Shown piece after piece: positions 26,896-36,780 of a stretch of DNA of 64,000 bases. Below the pieces are notes generated by a model. That model was given only the letters and a program-made list of their open reading frames with translations, had not been told where the DNA came from and made no database searches. Position numbers and translations under genes: made by a program. Each line of letters opens with the position of its first letter. The stretch's first letter is position 1. Source of the stretch: Methanomassiliicoccales archaeon (GTDB taxonomy: Archaea > Thermoplasmatota > Thermoplasmata > Methanomassiliicoccales > UBA472); assembly GCA_013415865.1 (NCBI GenBank), contig CP058896.1:843957-907956 (forward strand). Reading direction: 5' to 3'.

Positions 26896-27111
26896 TCAAA
26901 GGGGGGAGATGCTCACGACGTTGTTCCCACGGAGGATGACTACGCCCAGGCGCCTGGAGGCCTCTGCCGTCCTCTCCTCGGTCTCCTCAAGCACCATGTT
27001 CATATACTCATCATAACCAGTGAGCTTACCCTCGAGGACCCTGTTGTCCTTCAGCATCAAAGATATGCGCTTGTTAATGGACTTTTCCAGCAAGGCGAGC
27101 GGCATTACCAT
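26896..27111 (-). CDS. archaeal Sm-like protein (SmAP/LSm)
   Basis: Sm1/Sm2 motifs ISLMLKDNRVLEGKLTGYDEYMNMVL...GVVILRGNNVVSI. Confidence 0.9.
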   Translation of the reverse strand: MVMPLALLEKSINKRISLMLKDNRVLEGKLTGYDEYMNMVLEETEERTAEASRRLGVVILRGNNVVSISPL

Positions 27112-27178
27112 GGACGATCACTGTTGTCACCCATGAGGGCTGGTCGATTTAAACCTTTTCGTTCAGGTCGTTCTCGTC

Positions 27179-27388
27179 TTAATGTTTGAGGGACACGAAA
27201 GGATAGCCTGTCCAGGTCGGAGCGGGCCGCTCGGTCGCCTCGATGTTGTAAGATATCTCGGTGATGTTCACACAGAAGCTTGCACCATGGACCCTGGTGC
27301 CCTCTGGCATCGTGACAGGGATCCTTGTGATGCTGTCAGCCTCGACCTGATATGACCTTATGGCCTCTTTGAACGAGATTCGAACCAC
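27179..27388 (-). CDS. small hypothetical protein
   Basis: 69-codon GTG ORF overlapping the scpB 3' end by 31 nt, or 43 codons from ATG 27310. No family recognised. Confidence 0.3.
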   Translation of the reverse strand: MVRISFKEAIRSYQVEADSITRIPVTMPEGTRVHGASFCVNITEISYNIEATERPAPTWTGYPFVSLKH

Positions 27389-27858
27389 CTCTTGATGTCC
27401 TCTTTCTTTGTGCTCCCGATGCCGAACTTCTCGCTGAACTTCGTCGTCGTTGTCAGCAACCAGGTCTGGCCCTTCTTTTTCCCAGAGACCAGGCCGGCCC
27501 GCCTGAGCGCCCTGACGTCCTCGTATACGTCCGACCCCATGAGCTTCGCGAGGTCGCTCTGTAGGATAGGCTGGTTATATGCTATGATGGACACCGTCCT
27601 GAGCTCGCTGTCAGAAAGGTCCTTGTCAGCGAACTGGATAGAATACTGTGCCACCTCGTCCCTGAGCTGCATGGAGTAGTTGAGCCCCGTCCTGGTTATC
27701 ACGATCGCGGAGCTCCTTCCATCATAGATGGAAATGAGCTTTTTTATCGCCTTCCTCACCTCGGTCTGCGACAGTCCTGTCGCATCGGAGATCTCCGCCG
27801 CCCTCAAAGGTCTGCCAGCGGAGAACAGCACCGCCTCAACAACTGTCTCAGGCTCCAC
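27358..27858 (-). CDS. scpB: segregation and condensation protein B
   Basis: EAVLFSAGRPLRAAEISDATGLSQTEVRKAIKKL winged helix, and a second wH (IIAYNQPILQSDLAKLMG). Confidence 0.9.
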   Translation of the reverse strand: MEPETVVEAVLFSAGRPLRAAEISDATGLSQTEVRKAIKKLISIYDGRSSAIVITRTGLNYSMQLRDEVAQYSIQFADKDLSDSELRTVSIIAYNQPILQSDLAKLMGSDVYEDVRALRRAGLVSGKKKGQTWLLTTTTKFSEKFGIGSTKKEDIKRWFESRSKRP

Positions 27859-28780
27859 TCCTCACCACCGCTCTGCTCAATGTGGGTTGAATGTCCGATG
27901 CGACCTTGTCCTCCATGGTCCCGATGTCCCAGGGCAATTTGATCTCCAGGAAGATCTGCCCGTTCGGAAGTTCGTCCTGCCAAAGGGCTATCTTTCCCGC
28001 CCTTGCAAGGAAGAGGAGCGACACGAAGACCGTGACCGCATCCTCCTTTCCGCCCTCGACGAGGTCCTCGAAGACGATCGGGCCGTTCCCGCATCTCATT
28101 ATCCGCCTCCAGGTCAGCTCCACGTCCTTTTCGATGTCCTCTGAGTGCGCCTTCCCATCGAAAGCCCCTGCCTTCTTCTCAAGGGCCTCCTTGACCTTCT
28201 GCCTCTGGATCTGGACCTCGACGTCCTTCTTCGCCTCCTCGAAGGCATCGAGCAGCTCTACCAATGAGACGGGCCTCGAGGTATGGTGCCTGACCGCCTC
28301 GGTCAGCTCCACGCCCGCCGGTAACCTTGTATCGATGCGTCCAAGAACAGGGTCATCATAGAAGGCGTCGAGCATGTCCATATCCCACCCCTCGACCATG
28401 AGCTCCTCGGCCTCCTGACGGTCATGCAGGGTCAGGACCTCCTGTGACTGCATTCGGAAGATGCTCCAGGCCATGAACATGAGCTTTCCGGCGACAATGA
28501 AGTTTATGTCATCGTCCCCCTGCATCTTCTTGGCGTAGAGCCTTGCGAACTCCATCAGGTTGACGTCCCATGGGTCAAAGTTATTTGACAGCACGAGCTC
28601 GAACACGAGCTGTATGGCCCGGTCGATAGGGTCCTTTGGCACGGCCCTGTCCCCCTGCTCCGCCTGTCTTAGCAGCTCCATGTACCTTTCTATCTTCTCG
28701 CTCCGGTCCCCTTCGTCGATTATCGCCCTGTGGAAAAGCAGATGGCTGAGCACCGCCTCCGAGCTTTTGACCTCGTTCAT
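27848..28780 (-). CDS. scpA: segregation and condensation protein A (kleisin)
   Basis: FDPWDVNLMEFARLY plus C-terminal wH (VTVFVSLLFLARAGKIALWQDE). ATGA overlap with the smc stop. Confidence 0.9.
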   Translation of the reverse strand: MNEVKSSEAVLSHLLFHRAIIDEGDRSEKIERYMELLRQAEQGDRAVPKDPIDRAIQLVFELVLSNNFDPWDVNLMEFARLYAKKMQGDDDINFIVAGKLMFMAWSIFRMQSQEVLTLHDRQEAEELMVEGWDMDMLDAFYDDPVLGRIDTRLPAGVELTEAVRHHTSRPVSLVELLDAFEEAKKDVEVQIQRQKVKEALEKKAGAFDGKAHSEDIEKDVELTWRRIMRCGNGPIVFEDLVEGGKEDAVTVFVSLLFLARAGKIALWQDELPNGQIFLEIKLPWDIGTMEDKVASDIQPTLSRAVVRSGA

Positions 28781-31700
28781 GGATTTTCCTCCTTCCCGAC
28801 CGGCACCTTCAGATCCTCGTGAAGGTCCTTGATGTCGCCGACATCCGGCTTGACGATGACATTGCTGATACCTCCCTCAGGCTTGGTGACGCCGATGATG
28901 TGGTCGGCCTTGTTCAACGTGACCTTTCTGAGGGTGATCATGATGAACTGTGCGGTTTTTGAGCTCTTCTTTACGCGCTGGGCGACCATGTCCGCGTTCA
29001 CCGCGTCGAGGAACATGTCCACCTCGTCCAATAGATAGAAGGGGGACGGCTGCCACTCCTGCATGGCGAAAATGAAGGAAAGGGCCGCTAGCGACTTCTC
29101 CCCTCCGCTCAGCGCCTCCAGCCTCAGGACCTTGCCGTTCCGGGGCCTGCACTTCATCACGAGACCCCCCTCGAATGGCCTCTCTGGATCCTCCAACATA
29201 AGGGAGGCCTCGCCCCCTCCTGAGAGCTCTGCATAGACCTTGCTGAAGTTCTCATTGACGGCATCGAAGACCTTCAGGAGGGCCACCTTCTTCTTCTCGT
29301 TAAGCTCGGTCGTGAGCTTGATGAGGTCCTTCCTTTGGTCCTCCAGCCTCTTGACCTCGTTCTTGAGCTCGATATGCCTGGCGCTCTTCTGCTCATAGTC
29401 CTCTATGGAGCGAAGGTTGACGTTCCCCATGGATGCGAGCATGGACTCGCATCTGTTGATCTCGGCCTTGATGTCCTCCATCGATGGCAACGGGTATGTC
29501 ACCGGGACCTTTATCGCCGATATCTCGAGATCGCACTCCTTGATACGCTCCAACGCCGCCGCCATCTTGGTATTGAGGGTGATGATGAGGTCCTGAGATG
29601 TGTCAATGCGGGTCTGCACCTTGTCCTTCTCCGATTCAAGCTGAGAGCGCTCCTTGATCAGGCCTTCCTTCTTTTGTCGGAGGTCCTCCATCTCCCGCCC
29701 CATCGCCTCTTCGATCTTCTTGAGGCCGCCCAGCTCGACGCGCAGCTTCGACTCCTTGGCCTTCGCCTCATCAGATTCGGCCTTGAGCCTTATCGACCTC
29801 TGTTTGACCTCGAGCACGAATGCGTCGAACTCCTGGAGGTGCTTCCTTATCAGGTCCGCCTGCGTCTGCATCGTGGCCTTCTCGGACTCGAGCTTGGCCA
29901 CCGAGGCCGTGAGCTCGATGACCTCGGCCTGGAGGGAGCGCAGCTTGGCGGAGAGGTCCTTCGGGGCGAGCTCGACCATCTTCCTGTTGCCCGCCTCCCT
30001 CTGCTCACGGATGATGGTCGTCTTCGACCCCAGGGACGCGGCCTCCCTGTCCAGGCGCTCGATGGCCCCTGTGACCTCCTCCAGTTCCTTGGTCCTCGCG
30101 ACAATATCTTCCTTCACCTTCGCGAGCTTCAACCTCTGGTCCTTTAAAGAGGCTTCCAGACCGTTGATCTTTATCTCATTGCTCCCACCGGCGCCGTTTA
30201 GCTCGCGGAGCCGGGATTCTATCTGTTGGAGCTCCAGGCGCAGGGCCTTTAGCTGGGCGGCGACCTTCTCGGAATGTTCTGTCGTCCTTCTCAGCTCCTC
30301 GGCGACCTCGTCGATCCGGCCCTTCTTACTGGCCCCGAACTTCGGGACGTTGGTGTCCACCGTCCCGCCTACCATCGCCCCGGAGGCCTCGATAAGCTCG
30401 CCGCCCGATGTGACGAGGCGGACGCCGCCCATCAGCCTCCTTGCCTGGTCCAAGGTTTCGACGACGACCGTGTCCCCGAACACGTACCAGAAGGCGGGCC
30501 TGTACCTCTCATCGAAATCGATGAGGTCTATCGCATATCCTACCGCTTCCTTCACGACTATCTGGGCCTTGCCCCTCGGCTTCCCATCGAGCATCTTGTT
30601 CAATGGCAGGAACGTCGCCCTTCCCAGATTGTTCCTCTTCAGGTAGTGGATGGCGGTCGAGGCGACCTCGTCGTCATCGACGATGATCGATTGCATCCTT
30701 GCTCCCGCGGCCACGTTCAACGCCGTCTCATACTTCGGATCTACCTTTGCCAGTTCGGCCACGGTTCCGTGGATCCCTTTGATCTCGTTCCTGTCCCTTG
30801 CCTCGAGCAGGGAGCGGACGGCGCGGTTGTAACCTTTTGCCACGCTCTCCGCCGCCTCTTTCTCTGCGGAGAGAAGATTGTATTCCCTGGTGAGCGAGCG
30901 TATCGCGTTCTCGAGCTCCACCAGCTGCGCAGCAAGCTTTGATTCCTGGGACCTTTTGGCGAAGAACTGGGCCTGGAGCGTGCTGACCTCTCCTGATGAG
31001 GATCTCTCTGTCCTCTGGAGATCCTTGAGCCTCCATTCCGAGTCCTTTATCTGGAACTCCAGGTTGTTCCGGCTTTCCTCCAGAGAGGCTATGTCGGAGC
31101 GCAGCCTTGTCTGGCGGTCCTCTTGGCGGTTCTTCTCGAGCAGGATCGAATGGACCTTCTCCTCCATCTCCTTTATCTGGGCATCGAGCTCGGCCACCTT
31201 TTTCTCCAATGCCGATATCTCCCCATCAGATTCAGATATCTTCATTTGGATGTCGGCCATGGCCGCCTTCTTCTCGTCAAGGAGGCGTTGCTTTTCCATG
31301 CGGGATGCCTCTGCCTTCTTGATCCCGTCCTCTAGACGTTCGACCTCCTGAAGAAGCTTGGCCCTCTCCTCTTTTCTTGCCCTCAGGGATTCATGGAGGT
31401 CCTTGATCTCTTCCTCAGACCTCTGCACCGTGTCCACGGCGCGGGCGATCTCGATCTTCACCGAGTCCATGCGCTCTTTAATGCCACGGAACTCCTCGCC
31501 CCCTTTGTCGATTATCTCTTTTTCGAGCTGCTCGATCCTCTGGTCGGTCTCGATGACCTTCCTGGCGATCTCCTGTTTCTTCAGCTTGAGATCTTCGATC
31601 TCCTTGTTATATGACTCGATCTGTGACCTGGTCGAGCTCACCTCGGACTCGGCCATCTCCTTTTTCTTATGGGCCATCCGGGACTTTGAAAGGGCCAAGC

Positions 31701-32376
31701 GGTCCCTGGTCTCCATATATTTCAGTGCGGCCGTCTTCTCGGACTCGAGCTGTTTCATCTGCCTCTCCAGCTCGCTCATGATGATCCCAAGGCGCTCCAT
31801 GTTCTCCTCGGCCGACCTACGTTCCCCTTCGGCCTTGAGGATCTCTTCATCGAACTTAGATATCCCCGAGATGTCGTCCAGGAGCCTTCTCCTTTCCAGA
31901 GGGGACATCTCCACGATCCTGGTCACATCGCCCTGCTGGACGAGGTTGTAGCCATCGGCGCTTATGCGTGCGGATGCGAGCAGGTAGTCGAACTCGGACA
32001 GGGATGACTTCCTGTCGTTCACATAGAAATATGAGTTGTACCCAAGCTCGCTCTCTGAGAGCTTGACATGCCTGGTCAGCCTTACAATGTCGGAATCCAC
32101 AGGTATTGTCCTATCGGCGTTATCGAAGACCAGGGAGACCTTGCAATAATTCGCTGGCTGCTTCGAATTGCCACCGTTGAATATGAGATCGGTGAGCTTA
32201 CCGGCCCTGAGGGCCTTCGAGCTCTTAGGTCCGAGGACGAAAAGTATGGCATCGGATATGTTCGATTTTCCTGAACCGTTCGGGCCTGTGACGGCGGTGA
32301 AACCGTCCAGCATCGGGATGGTCATCTTCTTACCGAATGATTTGAAGTTTTCTACCTCGATCTGCTTAAGGTACAC
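28777..32376 (-). CDS. smc: chromosome segregation ATPase SMC
   Basis: MYLKQIEVENFKSFG...VTGPNGSGKSNISDAILFVLG, long coiled coils, hinge, C-terminal LSGGEKSLAALSFIFAMQ...FYLLDEVD. GTG start. Confidence 0.97.
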   Translation of the reverse strand: MYLKQIEVENFKSFGKKMTIPMLDGFTAVTGPNGSGKSNISDAILFVLGPKSSKALRAGKLTDLIFNGGNSKQPANYCKVSLVFDNADRTIPVDSDIVRLTRHVKLSESELGYNSYFYVNDRKSSLSEFDYLLASARISADGYNLVQQGDVTRIVEMSPLERRRLLDDISGISKFDEEILKAEGERRSAEENMERLGIIMSELERQMKQLESEKTAALKYMETRDRLALSKSRMAHKKKEMAESEVSSTRSQIESYNKEIEDLKLKKQEIARKVIETDQRIEQLEKEIIDKGGEEFRGIKERMDSVKIEIARAVDTVQRSEEEIKDLHESLRARKEERAKLLQEVERLEDGIKKAEASRMEKQRLLDEKKAAMADIQMKISESDGEISALEKKVAELDAQIKEMEEKVHSILLEKNRQEDRQTRLRSDIASLEESRNNLEFQIKDSEWRLKDLQRTERSSSGEVSTLQAQFFAKRSQESKLAAQLVELENAIRSLTREYNLLSAEKEAAESVAKGYNRAVRSLLEARDRNEIKGIHGTVAELAKVDPKYETALNVAAGARMQSIIVDDDEVASTAIHYLKRNNLGRATFLPLNKMLDGKPRGKAQIVVKEAVGYAIDLIDFDERYRPAFWYVFGDTVVVETLDQARRLMGGVRLVTSGGELIEASGAMVGGTVDTNVPKFGASKKGRIDEVAEELRRTTEHSEKVAAQLKALRLELQQIESRLRELNGAGGSNEIKINGLEASLKDQRLKLAKVKEDIVARTKELEEVTGAIERLDREAASLGSKTTIIREQREAGNRKMVELAPKDLSAKLRSLQAEVIELTASVAKLESEKATMQTQADLIRKHLQEFDAFVLEVKQRSIRLKAESDEAKAKESKLRVELGGLKKIEEAMGREMEDLRQKKEGLIKERSQLESEKDKVQTRIDTSQDLIITLNTKMAAALERIKECDLEISAIKVPVTYPLPSMEDIKAEINRCESMLASMGNVNLRSIEDYEQKSARHIELKNEVKRLEDQRKDLIKLTTELNEKKKVALLKVFDAVNENFSKVYAELSGGGEASLMLEDPERPFEGGLVMKCRPRNGKVLRLEALSGGEKSLAALSFIFAMQEWQPSPFYLLDEVDMFLDAVNADMVAQRVKKSSKTAQFIMITLRKVTLNKADHIIGVTKPEGGISNVIVKPDVGDIKDLHEDLKVPVGKEENP

Positions 32377-32604
32377 TAGCAGACCCCCCCGGTTGAGAGC
32401 ACAGGGCCTGACCTATCGTATATCGACCGCATCCCCATCCCTAGAGTCCGACGGCTGTCAGACGAAATAACTGAAGGAATTGATTATTATATATATTTAT
32501 TCAATGACATGATATTTTTATTACGAATACATCATTGAGTCCCGAGTCTGGCAATCTAAAACACCTCCAAACCTTTAAAACAGAAAACCCCATAAAAGCC
32601 CAAG

Positions 32605-33807
32605 ATGTTGAACAAAGTTGCTATTGCCACGATAGATGACCCCTTTAAAAATGGCGGGGTGGGTGGAAAACATACACACATCCGTTTACTTTTTCAGGCA
32701 TTGGATCAAATGGGATTAAAATGTAACATTTTCAGTCCGGAAGAGACCTATCGGTTTAAAACTTGGCGAGCGTTGAGAGGGGCAAAGCGGAAGCTAATAT
32801 CTGATGGCAATCTAAGATATAACGAATGGTTAAACGATTTCGTCAGGAATTTGGACAAACGAGCCGATAATATTGATGACAGTTTTAATGTGATCAATGC
32901 TCAGGATGTCGTTGCCTTCAATATCTTGAGCAGAAAAGGCAAGAACAAAGACATACCCTGTGTTCTGACGCTTCATGGGTATTATGTGGATGAAATGATA
33001 AGTGTGGGGTCGTTGATGCCGAATTCTCCAACGACGAACAGATTGTTGAATATGGAGATATCTGCATACAGTGAGGCGGACCGAATAGTGGCAGTGGATA
33101 AAAGGATAAAAGAGTACGTTATCAAAAAAGTTCCTGACAAGGCTGAATCCATCTCCGTCATCCAGAATGCGGTCGATGTTGATTTGTTTAAGCCATCTGA
33201 TGAGGTCTCATATCTTAAATCGAGAAATAAATTCAATATTCCCAGAAAATCAAAGGTACTTTTATGTGCAAGAAGGCTAGTCCCAAAAAATGGTGTTAGT
33301 GTGGCTGTTCAAGCCATGCCAGAAATATTAAAGCATTTTCCTGAAGCGCTTCTAGTGATAGCGGGTGATGGCCCATTAAATAATGAGCTTAGAAGGTTAA
33401 CTTCATCTCTTGGAATAGCGAGAAATGTACTCTTCTTGGGATCCGTGCCTCATAAATTAATGCCAACATTATATGCAGCGACGGATTTGGTTCTTGTCCC
33501 ATCAATTCATTCAGTTAATGTTGAAGAGGCAACATCGATCACAATGCTCGAAGGGATGTCTGCGGGAAAGCCATTAATCGCAAGTTCGATTGGCGGAATC
33601 AAGGAGGTCATTAAACATGGAGAAAACGGCCTGTTGACGAAAGAAGGCGATTGTCACCAATTGGCAGATTCGTGTGTTGATTTATTGATGGATGAGAGTC
33701 GGAGAATTTTCATAGGAACAAGAGCTAGAGACTACGTTATAAAAAATCATTCACACTTTGATCATGCCAGGAAATTCATTATTGAGTATGAAAAGGTGTG
33801 TAATTAA
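32605..33807 (+). CDS. glycosyltransferase family 4 (GT-B)
   Basis: C-terminal EEATSITMLEGMSAGKPLIASSIGGIKEVIKHGENGLL motif. AT-rich gene. Confidence 0.85.
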   Translation: MLNKVAIATIDDPFKNGGVGGKHTHIRLLFQALDQMGLKCNIFSPEETYRFKTWRALRGAKRKLISDGNLRYNEWLNDFVRNLDKRADNIDDSFNVINAQDVVAFNILSRKGKNKDIPCVLTLHGYYVDEMISVGSLMPNSPTTNRLLNMEISAYSEADRIVAVDKRIKEYVIKKVPDKAESISVIQNAVDVDLFKPSDEVSYLKSRNKFNIPRKSKVLLCARRLVPKNGVSVAVQAMPEILKHFPEALLVIAGDGPLNNELRRLTSSLGIARNVLFLGSVPHKLMPTLYAATDLVLVPSIHSVNVEEATSITMLEGMSAGKPLIASSIGGIKEVIKHGENGLLTKEGDCHQLADSCVDLLMDESRRIFIGTRARDYVIKNHSHFDHARKFIIEYEKVCN

Positions 33808-35100
33808 ATGGTTTCGCAATTAGAACTTATTTTTTTGTTTGTGCTTGTGCTAGTTACTTTTTTTTCTAGGTCCTATGCTTTGAAGACTAGGGGCGAATTT
33901 GGAAATGATGCATATTATCATTTAATGGTTGGGAAGTTGGCGATCAAGGAGTCTGCATTACCTCTCAACGACCCAGGGATGGTGCCATTATTTCGGAGGA
34001 CATATCCTCCAATGATTCATGAATTAATAAGATTATTAGGTGTGGAAAGATCAAAACGATGGATTTCTCCATCTATAGATTCTCTTTTGGTTATATTGGC
34101 TTATTTGATTGCTGTTTCAGCAAGGGTAAAGGTACCGTTGTTCGTTCCTGCAGTTTTTGTCATTTCATCTTGGAATTTAATTGATGGTTCCAGCATCAAT
34201 CCGAGGCCAATATCGAACTTGCTACTAAATTTTATGCTTCTCATTTTGCTGGTTGTTATTCAATATCATTTGAATATTTTATTTATTTTTATAATGATGC
34301 CTATAATAATTGCTCTTATTTGCCTAACCAACAAATTGGCATTACAAACATCTGTCCCTTTTGTCATGTTGGTTGGAATTTTCATGACAATAAAAACCCC
34401 CGGCATTGGTCTTGCGATTCTCTCATCTATGATAATTGGGCCCCTGTTGGCAAACTTAATAACAAGGGGGTGGTATCTTAAGGTTGGTCTGCCCGATCAC
34501 ATAAAATATCTTAGACATCATCTTAAAAAAGGACATTATCTAACAGGAAAGAAAGGATTTGAATCTCCCCTCTGGTTAATAAAATCCAACCCAGTTACAT
34601 ATCTTAGTTTACCTTTTTCTCTGTTCCTATTGAATGAAGAAGTAGAAGTGGGATTCATATTGATATTGATTTTCTGTTTGACCATATGGATTCTTTCACA
34701 ATTTTGGGTCTGGGGAGATGGATGGAGGTATCTTCAGTTTGGAACTATCGCATCGGCAATTGTCATGGAAATTACAATCGAATCTGTTTTTTCTCCTGAG
34801 CTAACTTTGTGGTTTCTTACCGTATTTTTAATTTCTCTTGGGTTTTTGGCATCAATCCAATTAAAAAAATCACTTCAAGGTGATAAAGCCAAAGATCTAG
34901 ATTCTATAATTGATGAAATTCCAGCCCATATTAAAGAGAAAATCAGAAAATCAACGTACTATTCTAACCTTAAGCATTATTTCATTCCTTGGAAGCTGGG
35001 AGGAAGTATTGTGCTAGGGAATCCAAGTTCGTTGGGAATGGATTTCAATAGAGAATTAGCTTTTTTAGAAAAACAGTCCCCAGAGAAAATTATTTATTAA
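33808..35100 (+). CDS. polytopic membrane protein, probable glycan polymerase or GT-C-type transferase (family not assigned)
   Basis: 430 aa with 10 or more hydrophobic helices. First-loop GNDAYYH motif faintly resembles the loop-1 acidic/aromatic motif of GT-C enzymes. ATG immediately follows the GT4 stop. A possible -1 frame continuation reaches 35240 (see findings). Confidence 0.6.
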   Translation: MVSQLELIFLFVLVLVTFFSRSYALKTRGEFGNDAYYHLMVGKLAIKESALPLNDPGMVPLFRRTYPPMIHELIRLLGVERSKRWISPSIDSLLVILAYLIAVSARVKVPLFVPAVFVISSWNLIDGSSINPRPISNLLLNFMLLILLVVIQYHLNILFIFIMMPIIIALICLTNKLALQTSVPFVMLVGIFMTIKTPGIGLAILSSMIIGPLLANLITRGWYLKVGLPDHIKYLRHHLKKGHYLTGKKGFESPLWLIKSNPVTYLSLPFSLFLLNEEVEVGFILILIFCLTIWILSQFWVWGDGWRYLQFGTIASAIVMEITIESVFSPELTLWFLTVFLISLGFLASIQLKKSLQGDKAKDLDSIIDEIPAHIKEKIRKSTYYSNLKHYFIPWKLGGSIVLGNPSSLGMDFNRELAFLEKQSPEKIIY

Positions 35101-35263
35101 AATTGAAATTTGGAATTGATATCGATCTAATACTTTTATTCAATTCTCCAAAAGAGAAGGAGATTGATGGGTGGAAAACGATATTTGTATCACCCAACGT
35201 TAGTATTTATCAAAAGACTGGAATGTTGAAGAAACTATAATTATGAATAATTTGCTAGCCTAA

Positions 35264-36775
35264 ATGATCCAATTGGTTGGTCGAAAATCGTTGTTAATGC
35301 TCTTGGCGCGTTTGTTCAGCGCCTTATTGTCCTTTATTGGATATTATTATATGTGGAGATACCTGGGGAAGGACAGTTATGGATCGATAGCGTTCTCTTT
35401 AGCATTTCTAGCCACTATCAATACAATAGCGGATCTTGGTTTTTCAACTGCGCATATTAAAAGAATTTCTGAAGGTAAGGATGTCAATCAATGTCTCAGT
35501 ACATTCATAGCTGTTCGAATTGTGCTCATCTTTGCCATGGTGGGAACGACATTAGGATTAGTACTGCTTTGGCCAGTAATCTTCGATAAAGAAATTTTGG
35601 CTGGAGACTTGAATGTGCTCTTGGCTCTTCTTATCTATTTTGTTTTATACGACATTGCTGGGATTGCGACATATACCTTCGATGCAAAGCTTCAGACTGC
35701 TAAAAGCCAATTGGCATTCATCGTTGATCCGATAATTAGAATTCCAATTATCATATTTGTTTCAATAAACCGTATGGGACCGTTTGAAGCGTCCCTCGCC
35801 TATGTCGCGGGAGGTGCTCTTACGATGTTAGTTGCCATTTCTTTGCTTGCACGGGAGGGCATCAACATAGGTAGGCCTGTGCTTTTCAGGTCTTATTTTT
35901 CCTATGCTTTACCTGTTGCATTAATTTTGGTTGTATCAAATTTGATGACCAATGCTGACAAAATATTTTTAGGAACGTTTTGGGGGAATTCGGAAGTTGC
36001 CTTATACAACGCTGGCCAAACGTTTTTAAACATATTGGGAATGGTAGGAGCTGTAGTTGCCACACTGATACTCCCGCTATTCTCCCAGTTATGGAATGAA
36101 GGGAAGAAGACAGACATTATAAACAAGACTATCATGATGGAAAGATATTCGATGTTTATTGCGCTTCCAATATCTGCTGTCATAATTCTAATGCCATATG
36201 ATGTAGCTAGAATTGTCTTTGGTGGGACTTTTAGAGATGCTGGTTCTGCATTACAATTTCAGATTATAGTCAGCCTTTTGAATATGCTGAATGTAGCATA
36301 TATCTACCAACTTTATGCGGCGGATCGTCCTTCTATTATTTTAAAAATTTATATTATTGGGACGGTTGTGAATGTACTATTGTTAACCGCCCTGGTCCCT
36401 GAAAAGGTGTTTGGTATCAGTATGATTGGCATGTCTTATACAGGTGCTGCCATCGCAATGTTGATAACAATGGGGCTGGTGTATTTCACAACGAGGATTG
36501 TTGCCTATCGATTTGTAAAAGTTCCGTTCTATATAGGATTCGTTAAGCATGGTATTGCATTTGGTTTATCGTTGTTGACCCTGGTGGTATTGTCCCATTT
36601 TTGGACAGTGGGCCGTTGGTATGATTTAGCTTATTACACATTGATTGCGTATGGTGTCTATTCTCTTGTCACAATCATCATGAAAGAAATTAAGGATGAA
36701 GATATTAATTTTGTTTCCCAAATAATTAACATCAAGGAATTGAAGAAATATATTGTTGATGAGTTTAAGAAATGA
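35264..36775 (+). CDS. Wzx-like oligosaccharide flippase (MOP superfamily polysaccharide biosynthesis protein)
   Basis: 503 aa with about 14 TM segments. The hydrophobic-helix layout and its position inside the glycan gene cluster suggest a Wzx/MOP-type flippase; no diagnostic sequence motif was identified. Confidence 0.75.
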   Translation: MIQLVGRKSLLMLLARLFSALLSFIGYYYMWRYLGKDSYGSIAFSLAFLATINTIADLGFSTAHIKRISEGKDVNQCLSTFIAVRIVLIFAMVGTTLGLVLLWPVIFDKEILAGDLNVLLALLIYFVLYDIAGIATYTFDAKLQTAKSQLAFIVDPIIRIPIIIFVSINRMGPFEASLAYVAGGALTMLVAISLLAREGINIGRPVLFRSYFSYALPVALILVVSNLMTNADKIFLGTFWGNSEVALYNAGQTFLNILGMVGAVVATLILPLFSQLWNEGKKTDIINKTIMMERYSMFIALPISAVIILMPYDVARIVFGGTFRDAGSALQFQIIVSLLNMLNVAYIYQLYAADRPSIILKIYIIGTVVNVLLLTALVPEKVFGISMIGMSYTGAAIAMLITMGLVYFTTRIVAYRFVKVPFYIGFVKHGIAFGLSLLTLVVLSHFWTVGRWYDLAYYTLIAYGVYSLVTIIMKEIKDEDINFVSQIINIKELKKYIVDEFKK

Positions 36776-36780
36776 CCAAA

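Noticed and set aside
29335-31951. Several long plus-strand ORFs (197-330 aa) antisense to smc
   Set aside because: They lie entirely inside the well-supported smc gene. Their low-complexity S/L/R-rich translations are what is expected opposite GAG/AAG/CTC-rich coiled-coil codons in GC-rich DNA. No motifs.
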